DNA from: Vezdaea acicularis
Lineage: Eukaryota
Length of the DNA: 48,553 nucleotides
Assembly (NCBI GenBank): GCA_026025075.1
Contig: JAPEUI010000119.1
Span: forward strand, 1-48,553
Reading direction: 5' to 3'
This document shows, one piece after another, positions 25,072-37,661 of this stretch. Every line of letters begins with the position of its first letter. Positions within the stretch are counted from its first letter, which is position 1. The notes beneath the pieces were generated by a model. That model saw nothing but the letters and a program-made list of their open reading frames with translations, was not told the origin of the DNA and searched no databases. The translations under genes and the position numbers were made by a program.

Positions 25072-27637
25072 ATGGAAGTACCAGCTGGTGCTGCTCTCAT
25101 CGATGTAGTAGCAGATACTACAACTCAAAAGGAGATGGATGAATCTCCACCACAGCCCTTTTGGCACAAGCAGCATGGCAGGGCCATGTTCGCGAGCTGT
25201 TCCGCTCCATACGAAGAGTAAGAAACCAACGCGAGCATCTTCGTTTCTTTTAGTGCTGTTCACTTTGTTTAGTGTTTAGGAACACAGGGACCACGTTCAC
25301 TGACCTTTCCTAGCTACGAGAGTATTAGTCCTTTGGAGAATGAGTCTGATGAAAACAATACTGCTGATGAATATGTTTACGTTCTTGTTGGCGTCGGCGG
25401 CATACCTTATAAAACCAGAATCATGCGCTCATTTCTCCAGCGTTCTCCCGCCTTGAAAGAGTTTTTTGAGGGTGAATATTACAAGGCTGGGTATCTAACG
25501 TCTATTTGGTTTCTTCGCGAGGACCCGGAGGTTGTGAAAATGGCACTTCACTACATGCATAGGGACCAGATTAGTGTGCGCAATTACATGGCACGCTATG
25601 ATGACGACCGAAAGTTCGAGTTGGAGATTCGTCTATACATGTTTGCTCTTGGGCTACGGCTAGAGGATCTTCAGATGGCTGCATTCATTTGTCTCATGGA
25701 ACGAGACGAGCGAGATGAAAACAATGAAGGGTTATCACCAACCATGATACTCGATGCAGCCCAGGTGATTTACAAGGAGGACCAGTCTGGAGACGACACG
25801 ATATATGCTTGGTTCAAGAGCCATCTTGAGAGGAAGCTCAGTGTGTTGAGGACTATGGACGAATGGTACCAGCTTCTGCAACACTGTCTCAACCTTGGCG
25901 CTGAAGTGGCTAAAATCCTTACGAGGACTGTGGTGGAAAGGGATGTGCGTCACGCAGATCATGTCACTCGTCTCAAGAAGCACTACGAGGATGAGATAGA
26001 GGTCGTCAATCGACGCAATACCGTTCTTCGTAAGCATACGGAAGAGATGCTCGACCTCGTCGAAAAGACTGCGAGAGAACTTGCTCGCGCGAAGGCGGGT
26101 AATGTTCTGGTCCATGCCCGCACTCGCCCGGTTTCTGGTGGCCCTGGTCTCGTCTTCACTTCGCCCACTGTTCGTGCTCGAGCTATCTCAGACGCAATTC
26201 TTAACTCACCCATCGAAGCGGAGTTTACAAGGCCTGGCTCGCCTCCTCCGTTTGATGATGAGCTACTCATTCCATCATTCAAGTCTCTGCAGCACGTTCC
26301 TGAGAATTCGGATGACGGCTTGGTCCCCAGGCATTGGGTTCAGGTCGAGGGAGAAGAAACTAATGAGGGTAGGCTTAGAATCCGTCTATTTGAGCTAGAT
26401 TCAACGGTAGATGAGATAACTAACAATCTTCTCATTAGACTCTTACCCGCCATCGCTGGGGCGCCGAAACACAACTACTCTTCACCATCGAAGTCCCTCT
26501 ACTGCACGCCCAGGGATGATGACCCGTATCAAGACCATGACGCCTCCAGTCGCCTCAATTAAGCAACGCTTTGCAGCCTTCAAAGCTGCCGGTGCTCTAC
26601 GAGATGCAAATAGTGGTAAACGAGGCCGCTCCGCCACCCCTGTACCTGGGGCATTGCAGCCGACGAATGAGGTAGCCCTTGGTGTAGCACGGCTTACGGG
26701 AGGTCCCCTGAGTAGTAACGCCGTTGTCATGGAGGCTCTGATGGATGGACCACCGGCTGGCCACCCCCTTTCATCTAAAGCGGCGCTAAGCAGTATCCCG
26801 GTTGCACTAGCGGCTGGCATGGATAAACCACCTCAGAGAAGCCGATCGATGTCCCCGGCGGTAATGGGCAAGGAAAACTCGGAGGGCACACAGTACGCGG
26901 CTTCGAGACCGGCCTTCAACTCTAATAATACTTTCGAGTCTCTCCTAGGTCCCCCACCGAGCGATTACTCCGGCTCTCCAACGCCTAAAAAAGAAGACTA
27001 CCTCGCCAGACCGTCCAAAGACGCCCTGTGCGATCCACCAGATACTCTTGACCGACCTATCAGCAAAAACACAGCACTAGGCTCCCATACTGTCTCTGCA
27101 AGGCCTACTCTAGCTTCGAAGCCGCAGGAGCAGAAGAACAGCACAGAGCCTACCCCAACAAGTTCTACCGCCTCCACACCATCCAAGAAGTCCAAGGCGG
27201 CGCGTTTGCTTGGGGTCGAGGACGAAGAATTGCCTGAAAACACTGGACTAGCAAAATTATCAAGGGCTCATAGTAGCGAGGAGCTGGACGAGAGTCTACA
27301 GGGCTTGCAGGAGAGCTTGGGCGAACTGATCTCCGTTGGCGGATACCCTGTCAGAGGCAGTAGCTTGTTGAGACGCCATACCTTCGATTTATCGACAATC
27401 TTGTCGCCGGGCCACAGAGAGATTATTATCAGCCAAACCGAATTTGATGAGGAGGGCGGGGAGGAAGAAGACTTTGATGAGGAGGACAGGGAGGAGAAAG
27501 ACCTTGATGACGAGCACAGGGAGGAAGAAGACTTTGATGACGAGGACGGGGAAGAAGGAGACTTTAATGACGAGGACGAAGAAGAATTTGAATTAGGAAT
27601 CGCTCAATATCATAGGATAGAGGGAAGGTGGTTCTAG
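25072..27637 (+). CDS. BTB/POZ-like domain protein with coiled coil and a long disordered, acidic C-terminus (about 799 aa)
   Basis: Exons 25072-25217, 25314-26368 and 26439-27637 join in frame (2400 nt) via GTAAGA..CTGAC..TAG and GTAGGC..CTAAC..TAG introns, merging ORFs 25333-26562 and 26516-27637. The pattern VYVLVG..IMRSFLQRSPAL..IWFLREDPEVVKMALHYMH..RLYMFALGLRLEDLQ resembles fungal BTB domains. Confidence 0.65.
27443..27586 (+). repeat. Coding minisatellite: about 4.8 copies of a 30-bp unit (consensus about TTTGATGACGAGGACAGGGAGGAAGAAGAC) encoding FDxEDxEEED
   Basis: Units start at 27443, 27473, 27503, 27533 and 27563 (partial). Confidence 0.9.
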
Positions 27638-27929
27638 TAAGACCGCCTGGTGCGATGCTTCTTGCTTACAGACAGGGTGGGGACGTTGTTTTGCATATAA
27701 TTCTTGGCGGGGAAGCTTGCTTTGATGACGATTACTTGATCCTCTGCAAATGCATAGGATAGCTGTAGTAGAAAAATGGTACTCCCAATCAGTTCAAAAA
27801 CTTAGATGAATTATGAGCAGGATGAAGTTTTCAGATAGTGGGTATCCATTGCCACCTAAGGTGACTAGAAGCTAAATTATGCAAAGATGTCGTTCGTAAA
27901 AAAAGGCAAACCGCCCCCACCTGAGATGA

Positions 27930-30900
27930 TTAAGTAGGCTCCCCCTTCCCTCCCTCCTTCGACTCAATTCTGTCCACTTCCTCATCAAGTTTCTTTCTCC
28001 TAAGGAACCCCTTCCTCTTATCCCGCTTCAGCTTCCTCTCCCTCTGTTCCCTCATCTGCACGGCCGCTGCGCCCTTCCACCCCCGTCTAACCGCCTGCAA
28101 AATCTCCTCTCGTTGCCTGCCCTGCAACGCCCTGATATCCTGCCCCCCTTGTATAATTCTTGCCTTGCGAATATACCCTTCCGGATTGCCTCTCTGCCGC
28201 TTGACGATCTCCCTATGAACACCCTTGGCCGCGAAGCCCCAGGGCCCCACGATGGCAGAGATATTTTTTAACACGAAGCCTCCGAAGCCGTAGCCGACGC
28301 CTTTGGCTAGCCCACCTGCTCCGCTGCGCTTCGCGCCTCGCACTGGCTGAGTTACGACGCCTGTCCAGCCGTCGTAGACACCATAGACAAATTCAGAGCG
28401 TGCAGCGCGAAGACCGGACTTCATGCCCGTGATGCGGACTGGGCGGCGAACGGTATCATCGCCATAGAGTCGTGGTGCGTTGTGAAAACCTTGAGCGATT
28501 GCTAAGGAGAGGTCCATAGGTGCCTTGGCAATGGCACGGCCGGAGTTGCCAAGGCCGGTTGCGATATCACCGGCTAAGTCTTCAACTAAACCGTCCTTCG
28601 AGCTTGATTTTGGATTGGCGGCTTTCATTTCGCGGACGAAGACCGATCGATTGTTCTTTTCTTGCTCGTCCTTCTCGTACCGTTTGATTCTCTTGGCCCA
28701 GCGCAACGGCACGCCACCGATGCCTATGGCGGCATTTGCTAAGGAGCTGAAGATTGCCGCGGAGCCGCCTGTAAATGGCTCACCTGGTCCGTCAAAGTCA
28801 TTCCACTCTTGATGCCGAAGCAGTCTTAAGCTCCGCCACGATATTTTCCTCTGCTGAACGAGAATATCTGCTGCAAGCGCTGAAAGATGGAGGTCGGGGT
28901 TGCTCTTGAGGTACCAAACGGCGACGCGGTCTTCCAGAATTGAGCATCGAATGCTAGACGGGCCACGAAGTTTGAGATGGCGGAGAAAGCTCTTCACTGC
29001 ATTTCTTCCCGCATCGCCTTCCTTCTCTATGCGCTTAGCAATCTCTTCAGCTGCTTCGCGAGCAGCAGGCTTGAGACATTCGTCGATGCCTATGGCGAGC
29101 TCTTCTGCACTCAGTCGTTTATAAGGGATAGGCTTATGGTAACCGGCCCCAGCATTGGCCACCATATCGCCCCAGAAGGGTTGGTCGCCAAAGAATGGCA
29201 CGATTATAGTTGGCTTCCCTGCCCTGAGACCTGCCGCTGTCGTGCCAGCCCCTCCGTGATGGATGACTGCGCTGACTCGTGAGAAGAGCCAATCGTGGGG
29301 CGTGTTCTCGAGCATATAGACGTTCTCAGGAACAACGTCATCACCAAGGCCACCCCAACCTTTGCTAACTAGTGCTCTCACGCCAGCTTTCTTCACGGCC
29401 TCGAAGATCAGGGCTGTGAACTTATTCGGATCATCGACGACTATACTTCCAAATCCAATATAGACAGGCGGTGGCCCAGCGTCAAGGAACTTAACAAGGC
29501 TCGCTGGGGGCTGAAATGTATCAGCCAAATCCAGATATACGAATCCCGCAACATTGATTTCTGGGCCCCAATCAGCTGGTTTTGGAACCAAGCCAGGCGA
29601 GAAGAGGTAAGTATAGGGCACCTTGACGAACATAGGAATCAGTGAGGGAAGAATCTTTGGGGGTGGGGGCTTTGAGATTGGAGAAACGCACTTTGAGACG
29701 GAAGAGCTGTCCAGGTGCCCATAGGGTTGAGACGGGCTCAAGGTTTAGAGTGGTCACCCGGAAGCGGTTGACAAGATCTCCAAGCCCTTGCCATGTCATC
29801 ATCTCTACGAGAGGATAGCTCATGAAATTGGTATAATCTGAGTCGACGTTGCTTTTTTTGATGTTTGCAAGAGGATGTGGAAATGCTACTCAATATTAGA
29901 GAATCCAAAAGTAAAATATGAGGGAAAGAGTCGAACCTCGCGTTGGTGACCAAGGCATAGTGAACATTAAGTGCAATGGGATGCCAAGTTTCTCTGCACA
30001 GTGTACTATAGAAAGATTAGAGATATTCAAAAGTGGCAGGTTGGAGCAAGTTCATACCATGCGCAAAGCTCGGCGGGTTAGCTATTATAGCGTCGGCAAC
30101 AAACGGATGTTTATCGCCCATCATCTTTAGATTTTCAACGTCTTTTTCATCATCCGTCGCATTTATACAGGCTCTCCAGAACCCTTGAAACATTTCAAAC
30201 ATCTGGTCTCGACGCCTGCCAATCTCTCCGGCTTTCACAGTAGACACGGAGGGGATGAGGCCTGGGTTTTTGACCATGAAAGCCATCAGCTCAGACGGAT
30301 CCCCGCCGACCGAGAAGAATTCTAGTCCGATTTCATCTTCCACAAAAGATCTAAAGGCCGGATGGGTCGCTATTCGCACGCGGTGCCCCTCTTCTTCTTT
30401 TAGTATTTTACCGATTCGCAGAAAGGGCTGGATGTCTCCTCTGCTTCCAATAACCATGATGACGATATTGAGCTTAGGGCAAGAGCCCTCCACAACAGCA
30501 GTTGAAGCCGTAGAGTCATCCCTCGAGACAGATGGTTTCCCTTCCTCCTCTTCTTCGGCGATTGTCTGACCGCTTAGATTATTTTGATTCTGATCTTTTG
30601 GCGTTGGACCCAGATGATGTTTCAAGGTTGCGCCCAGCGCTTTTGCTAGGTACCCAGTACTGTCATGCTCTCTGACTGAGATATTAAGCCGTCCGTCTTT
30701 CCGTGAGACCCTGCCCCTCGTCCTGTAGTCATCATTGCCAACAGAGAATCTCGAGTATGGCCCAGCACTTGAGTCTCTCCTCGCACCGGAAGGCCCTCCC
30801 GACTTCTTGGTCTTTTTCGCTGTCTCCGTGCTCCTTTTCGCCGAAGGGGCGGCACTTACAGGATCCTCTCCGTCGGAGGAAGAGAGCGATTCCGTATCCG

Positions 30901-31201
30901 ATGAGGAACTGTCATGGTTTGCAGCATTCAGTAGCTGGCTGCCGGTTGCTCGGCGTTCTAAACGGTAGGCTGAGTCTCGAGCCGGAATAGCTGGGCGCTC
31001 GGTCAAGAACTTGTTGACCTTCGGGCGTCTCTTCGGCTTCGAATTGACATGTTCGAGTAGGTATGGCGTCTGTGCGGTTGGCTCTGATGCCGTCGCCACC
31101 AACTGCCCCGTGTTTGCATTGCGGCCAAAGGGGAACTCCACCTGTGGAGGGACTACAGATGGAATGATAGGGCTCCCGCCCGGGCTGAGAAATCTGGACA
31201 T
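27930..31201 (-). CDS. GT1-family sterol 3-beta-glucosyltransferase-like UDP-glycosyltransferase (no PH/GRAM domains seen)
   Basis: [17 protein letters not shown] and GHRVRIATH (Glyco_transf_28-type N-domain); [42 protein letters not shown]-sugar motif; C-terminal [11 protein letters not shown] extension; three introns. Confidence 0.9.
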
Positions 31202-31908
31202 CGTAAAAGTAGGCTAGGTCATCGCAAAAGAGCCGGATGGTTTTGGGTTTTGCTGGAAGGTTGGGGGCGCAAAGAGAGCCAGCCGTCTGGCACAACGCGT
31301 CTGAAGCGAATGCCAAGTAGGCAGGTAGAACTGTAGATTGCGTGAATCAAAACTAGAAGAGTAAAGACAAAGTCGGATTAAACCCCGTCCGACATTGAGG
31401 CCTGACGACGTGTGCAAGAGAAGATCTTACGGGAGGCGACGATATTAGAATGTTCGGGAGCGCGGCTCCTGTCGCGTGGTAGGACCTGGTTTCTCGGTTC
31501 CGGCGAACGATGAAGTCACACTCACCGAAGTACTCGTAGACAGCGGCTGTGGCTGTGCCGCAGAAGGCAAAGGGTGGGCAGGGGCCACCGAAGCGGCCTA
31601 GCTCCGGCGCTGGCTCGTCGGATACGGGAGGCCGGTGGAAGGAAGTTCCGCCCGCCCAATCAAGGCTCTTCAACTTTTGCAATGATCATGAACCACGTAC
31701 ACGTATCATCAACCGTCGTCTCACTGGAGCACTAACATCACAGGTACAAGCAGTTCATTTCATTCCTATCTAGCCATGCCGGGGAACCATGAACCCTGGA
31801 TTATCACAATGCCTCCCACCCACACACGATGAATGAACCAGTGGCCAAGGACAAAAAGCGTAATGCAAAAGATTCAACGCCGGTGACCTTCCTTCCCTCT
31901 CATCGCGG

Positions 31909-34758
31909 TCATATCGCTGGTACCGCAGTACGAGCAGTACCTTGATATGCATTTCTGCTCTTCTTCTTGTGGGCGCCAGGCCGAGCAAGTGTGTACTTGG
32001 CGAACGCTCTTGCAAGCGCCTTCTTGCAGCTTACTTTCTGGCTCGCCACGAAGCTGTCCACCGTGACCGCGATAGCGCGATCAATGTCCTGGGCTGAGCA
32101 GTAATCCGACAGACGCATCTTGGAAAATGCCTCGCTGATTCGCATGATGGCCTCCAGATGACGGACCTGCCCATTGTCCATTAGCGATGATGCCCTAGTA
32201 TCTGGTGTGGCTTAACTTACCGTAATGGGATACGCCCCGGTTGCTAAACTCTCTCTCCTCATGTCCGCAAAAAGCCGGGCTACCTTGTCTTGATCGATCT
32301 GGTAGAGCTTGGGTCGACACCTCTCTCGCGCATAAAGAATATATTTCCTCAGGAGTTCCTGGTCAATCTCGCCCTCTTGCTTTGGCATTTCACCACCGTT
32401 CGCCATCTCGCCATTGATATTGGACGCGTGCTGAACCTCCATGGCATTTTGATTCGCGTCGATGGCGTTGGCTTTCGGGTGAGAGCGTCCGTGAGAGCCC
32501 ACGACGAACTTGGCGAGTCGCTCGTCTTCTTCCGGATCTACGGTATCGCGCACAACGCAGAGGATGTCGAACCGAGAGAGAATGGGCTCGGTGAGCTGCA
32601 CGTTCTGGGCGAATGGAATGGTGCTGTTATATCGGCCCCCAAGTGGATTGGCTGCTGCGATGATAGCGCATCGGGCTTGTAGCGTGGTCACAATGCCAGC
32701 CTTCGAAATGGATATGGTCTGCTGTTCCATGGCCTCGTGGATGGATGTTCGATCTTGGTCATTCATCTTGTCAAACTCGTCGATCAAACACGTTCCACGA
32801 TCTGCAAGCACCAGCGCTCCACCCTCAAGTGTCCACTCGCTCGTGAGAGGATCTTTGCGGACAGATGCTGTCAGACCGACTGCACTGGCGCCTTGGCCCG
32901 TTGCGAAGACGGCCCTATGAGCAGTCTTCTCAATGTACTTGAGAACTTGAGATTTGGCAGTTCCGGGGTCACCCAGAAGGAGGATATTGATATCGCCACG
33001 AATACTGTGCTTCCCTTGCGCTTCTTTGCTGACACCGCCGAAAAGGGAAAGAGCAACAGCTGTCTTGATGTCCGTATGGCCGTAAATACTAGGCGCAATG
33101 GATGCAATGATCTTGTCAACAATCTGGGGGTCTCGAGACAATGCACGAATGCGCCGCTCGTCATCTTCCGTGAGACGGAAGCCGGCGAGCTGATCATGGG
33201 ACTTGACGACATAGTTGGCTTCGAGAATAGTAGCGAAGACGGGGAAACCATTTCGGTTATTGAGCTGAGCGTCATAACTGTTGCGGTAAATACCTGTGAC
33301 CTCAATCTCTTCCCCTGGCTTGGCTGAATCGATGAGATCCCACAATAAGATGACCTCCCTATGACGTGGTAACCGGCCAGCCGGTACTGTGCCAGGGGAC
33401 TCTTGGAGTGTAAGTTTCTGGTAATTACGGTAGACTGTTTTCTCCGAGTTGAGTGTGAAAGGCCCCCTCGATTGACACCACTGACAGTAGGAAATGCGCA
33501 CTTCGACATTAGATTCCTGTTGGAAAGGGCCAAGCGTATTCTGGCATTTAACGCAATCGAATTTGACCTCCTTGAGTTGCGGAAAGACCCCGCTTCGACG
33601 GGTGACGACTCCGCTGACACGGACTAGGCAATTCAAATGCGTTTGTCGCAGTTGTCGAAGTGTGTAATGTACCGGGAGCTCGGAGATGCGTACATGAATC
33701 TCCGTGTGGATCCGTTCATACGCTGGATAATGAAGCAATGTAACTTCCATAGCTATCTCGTCAAAGACCTTGAGTACCTCGGCAGGGGAGTTGGCGAGGA
33801 AGTATGCTAATATGGCTTTCGATGAGGAGAGATGATCGTAGGATACCTCAAGAGACTCCGCATTGACTTCTCCAAGCGCTCGAATCCGGGTACCATACAC
33901 CGACGTACCATTCTCGTCAGTATATTCCGTTAGGAAGGACTTGAACTCTCGTTGAATGGTGCGTCGTACGGCGGGCTGGACCACCCATTCCGTCAAGTTT
34001 GACGCCTTGACGTCTTGTAAGGCTTCTAGAGAAAGCTCTTCTTCCATGATGTTGTCAGCCATATCTTCATCTTCCCTTTCCTCATCATAATGATGTCTTC
34101 GCCTTCTGGGCTGTCTTGTGAGGTCTAGGTCACCGTCGTCGTCCTCATCTTGGAGGAACGCAGCGGGCATATTGCGTCGTCGAGCAAGCTCAGCATCACG
34201 GCGATTCAGGCGAGCCTCAAGCTGCCTTCGCGTCGCAAGATCCAAATCTTCGTAGTCTCCCTCGTCGTCTATGTCTGCTCGGTCGTACTCATCATTCTCA
34301 CGGTCTCGATAGTCGCGCTCAAAAGTATCAGCGAACAGATCGATCCCATCTTCGTCTTCTGCTGCTTCCTCCATATCCTCTAGATCAGGAACGATCTCAG
34401 TATCGTCGACCGCGGCTTCGTCATCGTCACCATTTGAGAGAACGTCGTCGCCATATGGCATTGCCGGAGGAGAGGATGGAATCGCTATTGCAAATTCTTA
34501 TTAGTCTCTCTCGAAAGAAGAGGTGATCATGACACTAACGATCTTGGGCAAAGTTGCCAACTGGGGGAGAAGATCTCATGTCATCGTCGGGCTCTCGAGA
34601 ACGCTTTCGGCGTTCCATCCTAGCCGGACCGCGATTCGCGGAGGACATATTTTGCCGCAGTGGGGAACTTTATATGGTCAGTGATGAATACAAGAAGGAC
34701 AAACTGGGTCAAGATCGTGGAGTTATGCCCGGTGTAGCAGTTTGGACACATACCTCAT
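31909..34758 (-). CDS. MCM2: DNA replication licensing factor Mcm2
   Basis: A 5-nt first coding exon ATGAG (34758-34754), then SSPLRQN...; histone-binding region DLFADTFERDY...DEYD; Zn finger CVKC/CQWC; Walker A GDPGTAKS; Walker B IDEFDK; arginine finger SRFD; ends ...ARTAVPAI*. Confidence 0.96.
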
Positions 34759-34928
34759 TGCTAATTGAGTTGGACAGTCAAGTATGGTCGCTTTTGTGGA
34801 TGTATTTTGCGCTCAAAACTGAAGCTCAAATGGATGATCTTCAAAGAACGGTGTAATCCAATCTTTCACGTTGTGGGTGAAGCACAAGTGCTGGATGAGC
34901 GCCAGTGTTGGCAGGTGTAATCAATGAG

Positions 34929-35000
34929 ACGCGAAATTGGTACGCGCCGTTTCGCGTTCCCAATTATGGGCCTAATTGGGACTAGCGGGGGATTTCGCGT
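34929..35000. promoter_or_regulatory. Cluster of MCB/SCB-like G1/S elements in the MCM2-UBR7 bidirectional promoter
   Basis: ACGCGAAA (34929-34936), ACGCGC (34942-34947), TTTCGCGT (34950-34957) and TTTCGCGT (34993-35000). Confidence 0.7.
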
Positions 35001-35165
35001 CCGAAGGTCTAAAAACACCGACCCCGTCCCCACTTGAGGTCAGTTATTTCTTGATGAGATTATGACTGCTAGTAATTTTCAGCGATTCTCTGAACAATCG
35101 CGCTCTCAGAATCAGTCAAACATGATTTCATAGTAGCTTACTTCACGAAACCTTTCCCTCTAGAC

Positions 35166-36888
35166 ATGGCAGCTCAGGCGCGAACGGAACACAGCGGCCA
35201 AGCATCGCGCAAAAACAGCACGTCTCAGGCCTCGCAGACCTCTCAAACAGCTGCCGAGTATGCATGATACCTCGGCATAACCCTCTATGTGAAAGGGGCT
35301 AATGAAAAACGCTCAGGTTTATTGACGACCAACTACAACTTGAGGCGGACGCACGAGAAGCTCTTCCATACGTATGTCACCCTATGCCTCCAGGCTGATG
35401 ATTATCCCGGATCATGCTTACTTTGCTCAGTCATTCAAATCATGCACGAAACCACTTGGACCCCTTCGCCAGCTTCTGTATTCTTGCCTCACCTGCAACC
35501 CGCCACCTGAAGATCCCCACGCTTCCTACTCGCCTGCTGGTGTCTGTTACTCGTGCTCGGTCTCTTGTCATGGGGAGCATGAATTGGTAGAGCTCTTTCA
35601 CAAACGTAATTTCACCTGTGATTGTGGCACCACCCGGTTATCATCAGGCTCGGTTTGCACTCTGCGAGAAAACACCAAGACGGGCGGATATGGTGGAGTT
35701 CACTCGGAGCGCGCAGCTGATGGCAACGCCTATAATCAAAACTTTCGAAATCGCTTTTGTGGCTGTGAGAGGATTTATGACGCGCATTCCCAGCGGGGAA
35801 CTATGTACCAATGTATCGGCTTAGGGACAACTGAGGATGGCGGCTGCGGAGAAGACTGGTGGCACCCCGCATGTATAGTTGGGTTGGGACCCGAGTGGCA
35901 TGAAAGCTTCAAGGGAGGTCCGGCCAATGGGTCGAAGAATCAGGGAAATCGGGTACCTGAGACTGAAGTCGATGCCCCTGCGCCAACAGAAAATCATCCA
36001 GATGGCTCGGAGGGCGAAGAGGACGACGTACCACCGCCAGGGTTTCCAAACGAGGACGATTTCGAATTCTTCGTATGCTATAAGTGCACTGAAGCGAACC
36101 TATGGATCAAGAAGTATGCAGGAACTAAAGGCTTCCTGCCCGCAGTCTTCAATGCGCCTGCAGCTGGTAAAGGCACTGCGGAGGCCGAATCGCAAAATCG
36201 TGTCTGGCCCACTCCGTCATCCAATAAAAGAAAATCGGAATGCGAAGCCGACGTGGAATACGGTACTCAGACCAAGAAATCGAGGAAAGATGGCGAGATA
36301 AGCGATGGACCTGCGACAGAATCTTTACCAGCAAGGTCAGGCCCGGCCTATCACACCACCCTTCCACCTGCACCCACTGGCCTATTCAGTCTCTGCCTCA
36401 AAGAAGACTTCCGTGACCACCTCTGCAAGTGCTCCGACTGCTTCCCATATCTCTCCCGAAATCCACAGCTGCTCGAAGAAGAAGATTGCTATGAACCGCC
36501 ACTCTCCGTGAGCGATGACGGTGGCGCAGCTGAAGGAAGTAGCACGGGCACCGCTTCCCTTCTGGACCGCGGTGAGCGCGCTCTGAGCAATCTCGATCGC
36601 GTGCGCGCCATCGAGGGCGTGATGGCTTACAACAAGCTTAAGGAGAAGGTGAAGACCTTCCTGAAGCCCTTCGCGGACTCAGGCCAGGCTGTGGCAGCGG
36701 AGGATGTGAAAAAGTACTTTGAGCAATTGAGGGGCGACGCAGATGCCATGCGCGAAGCGGTGAAAAATGCCGCGGAGAATGGCGGGCCCATAGACGGAGA
36801 CGGGGACTCGAGGAGAGATCAGAGTGGTGAGTGCCTTGCATGGATTGCATGATCTGGGATGCTGACAGATATGATGATAGGATATTGA
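35166..36888 (+). CDS. UBR7: UBR7/Mlo2-like UBR-box + PHD-finger protein
   Basis: Four exons: ...QTAAE/FIDDQLQLEADAREALPY/SFKSCT...; UBR box (LYSCLTC..VCYSCSVSCHGEHELVELFHKRNFTCDCG); YNQNFRNRFCGC; PHD MYQC..CGEDWWHPAC..VCYKC; DRVRAIEGVMAYNKLKEK; ends QSGY*. Confidence 0.9.
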
Positions 36889-37661
36889 GTGTTACAGATC
36901 GCTCTCAAGCGTGTTTTGAAAGGGTGGGATTGGATCACATGCAAGATCTTTGTCGGCGCTCTGGTTGAGAAAGACAGAACAGGAGGATCACATCGAATTG
37001 GCAATTTAACGGATCTAGTCTCATAAACCTCTTTCAATTCAGTTCGACCTGAACTTTGTCTTGTCAATAATAGTAGACTTCTACGTTATCGTAACATGCG
37101 TGTTCCCTACAAGGAAGGTTTTTGTGACGACCGACCTCTTTATTAGAGCAAAGCAACACTCCTATCACCTGTATTGGATTTCTGCGCACCCGCCGAGGTA
37201 AATTTGCCCCAAAAGGCCCTGCATACCCTTCATGTCCTCCCTCGTAAGAATTCTGATTGTTCTGATGCCTTAGCCAGAGAGCCATATCTGCAATGAACCT
37301 CCCCGATAACCCTTGACAGATCCCAAGCCTCCTGTAGCGGCAATGTAATAACTTTCAGAGTCTCTTGATCAAGTATTGCTTTGTTGTGTGCCAATGACTT
37401 CATCCTTTTCAGGCAAGTCTTCCTTACTGAGGCTAGCAGTCAATGGATTTTCGTACTTCGCTCGTCAATCTTGCTGCACGTGAACATTGGGGCAGTCACC
37501 TACGTGCTCTGAACTCTACTTCGCCATACTGTTTCGCAATTATGCAAGAAAGTTTGGATTAGACAATTTATTCAGGGCCACGTTCTTTTTGGTTTTGTGA
37601 GGCAACCCAGCCAGCCAGCCAACCAAGCTTAAACTTTCATAGCTTAAGAAATTGGAATCCC

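Noticed and set aside
32290..33627. Long antisense or alternate-frame ORFs over MCM2 (similar ones over SPT6, OSH3 and the ammonium transporter)
   Set aside because: Expected shadow ORFs caused by codon bias of the real genes.
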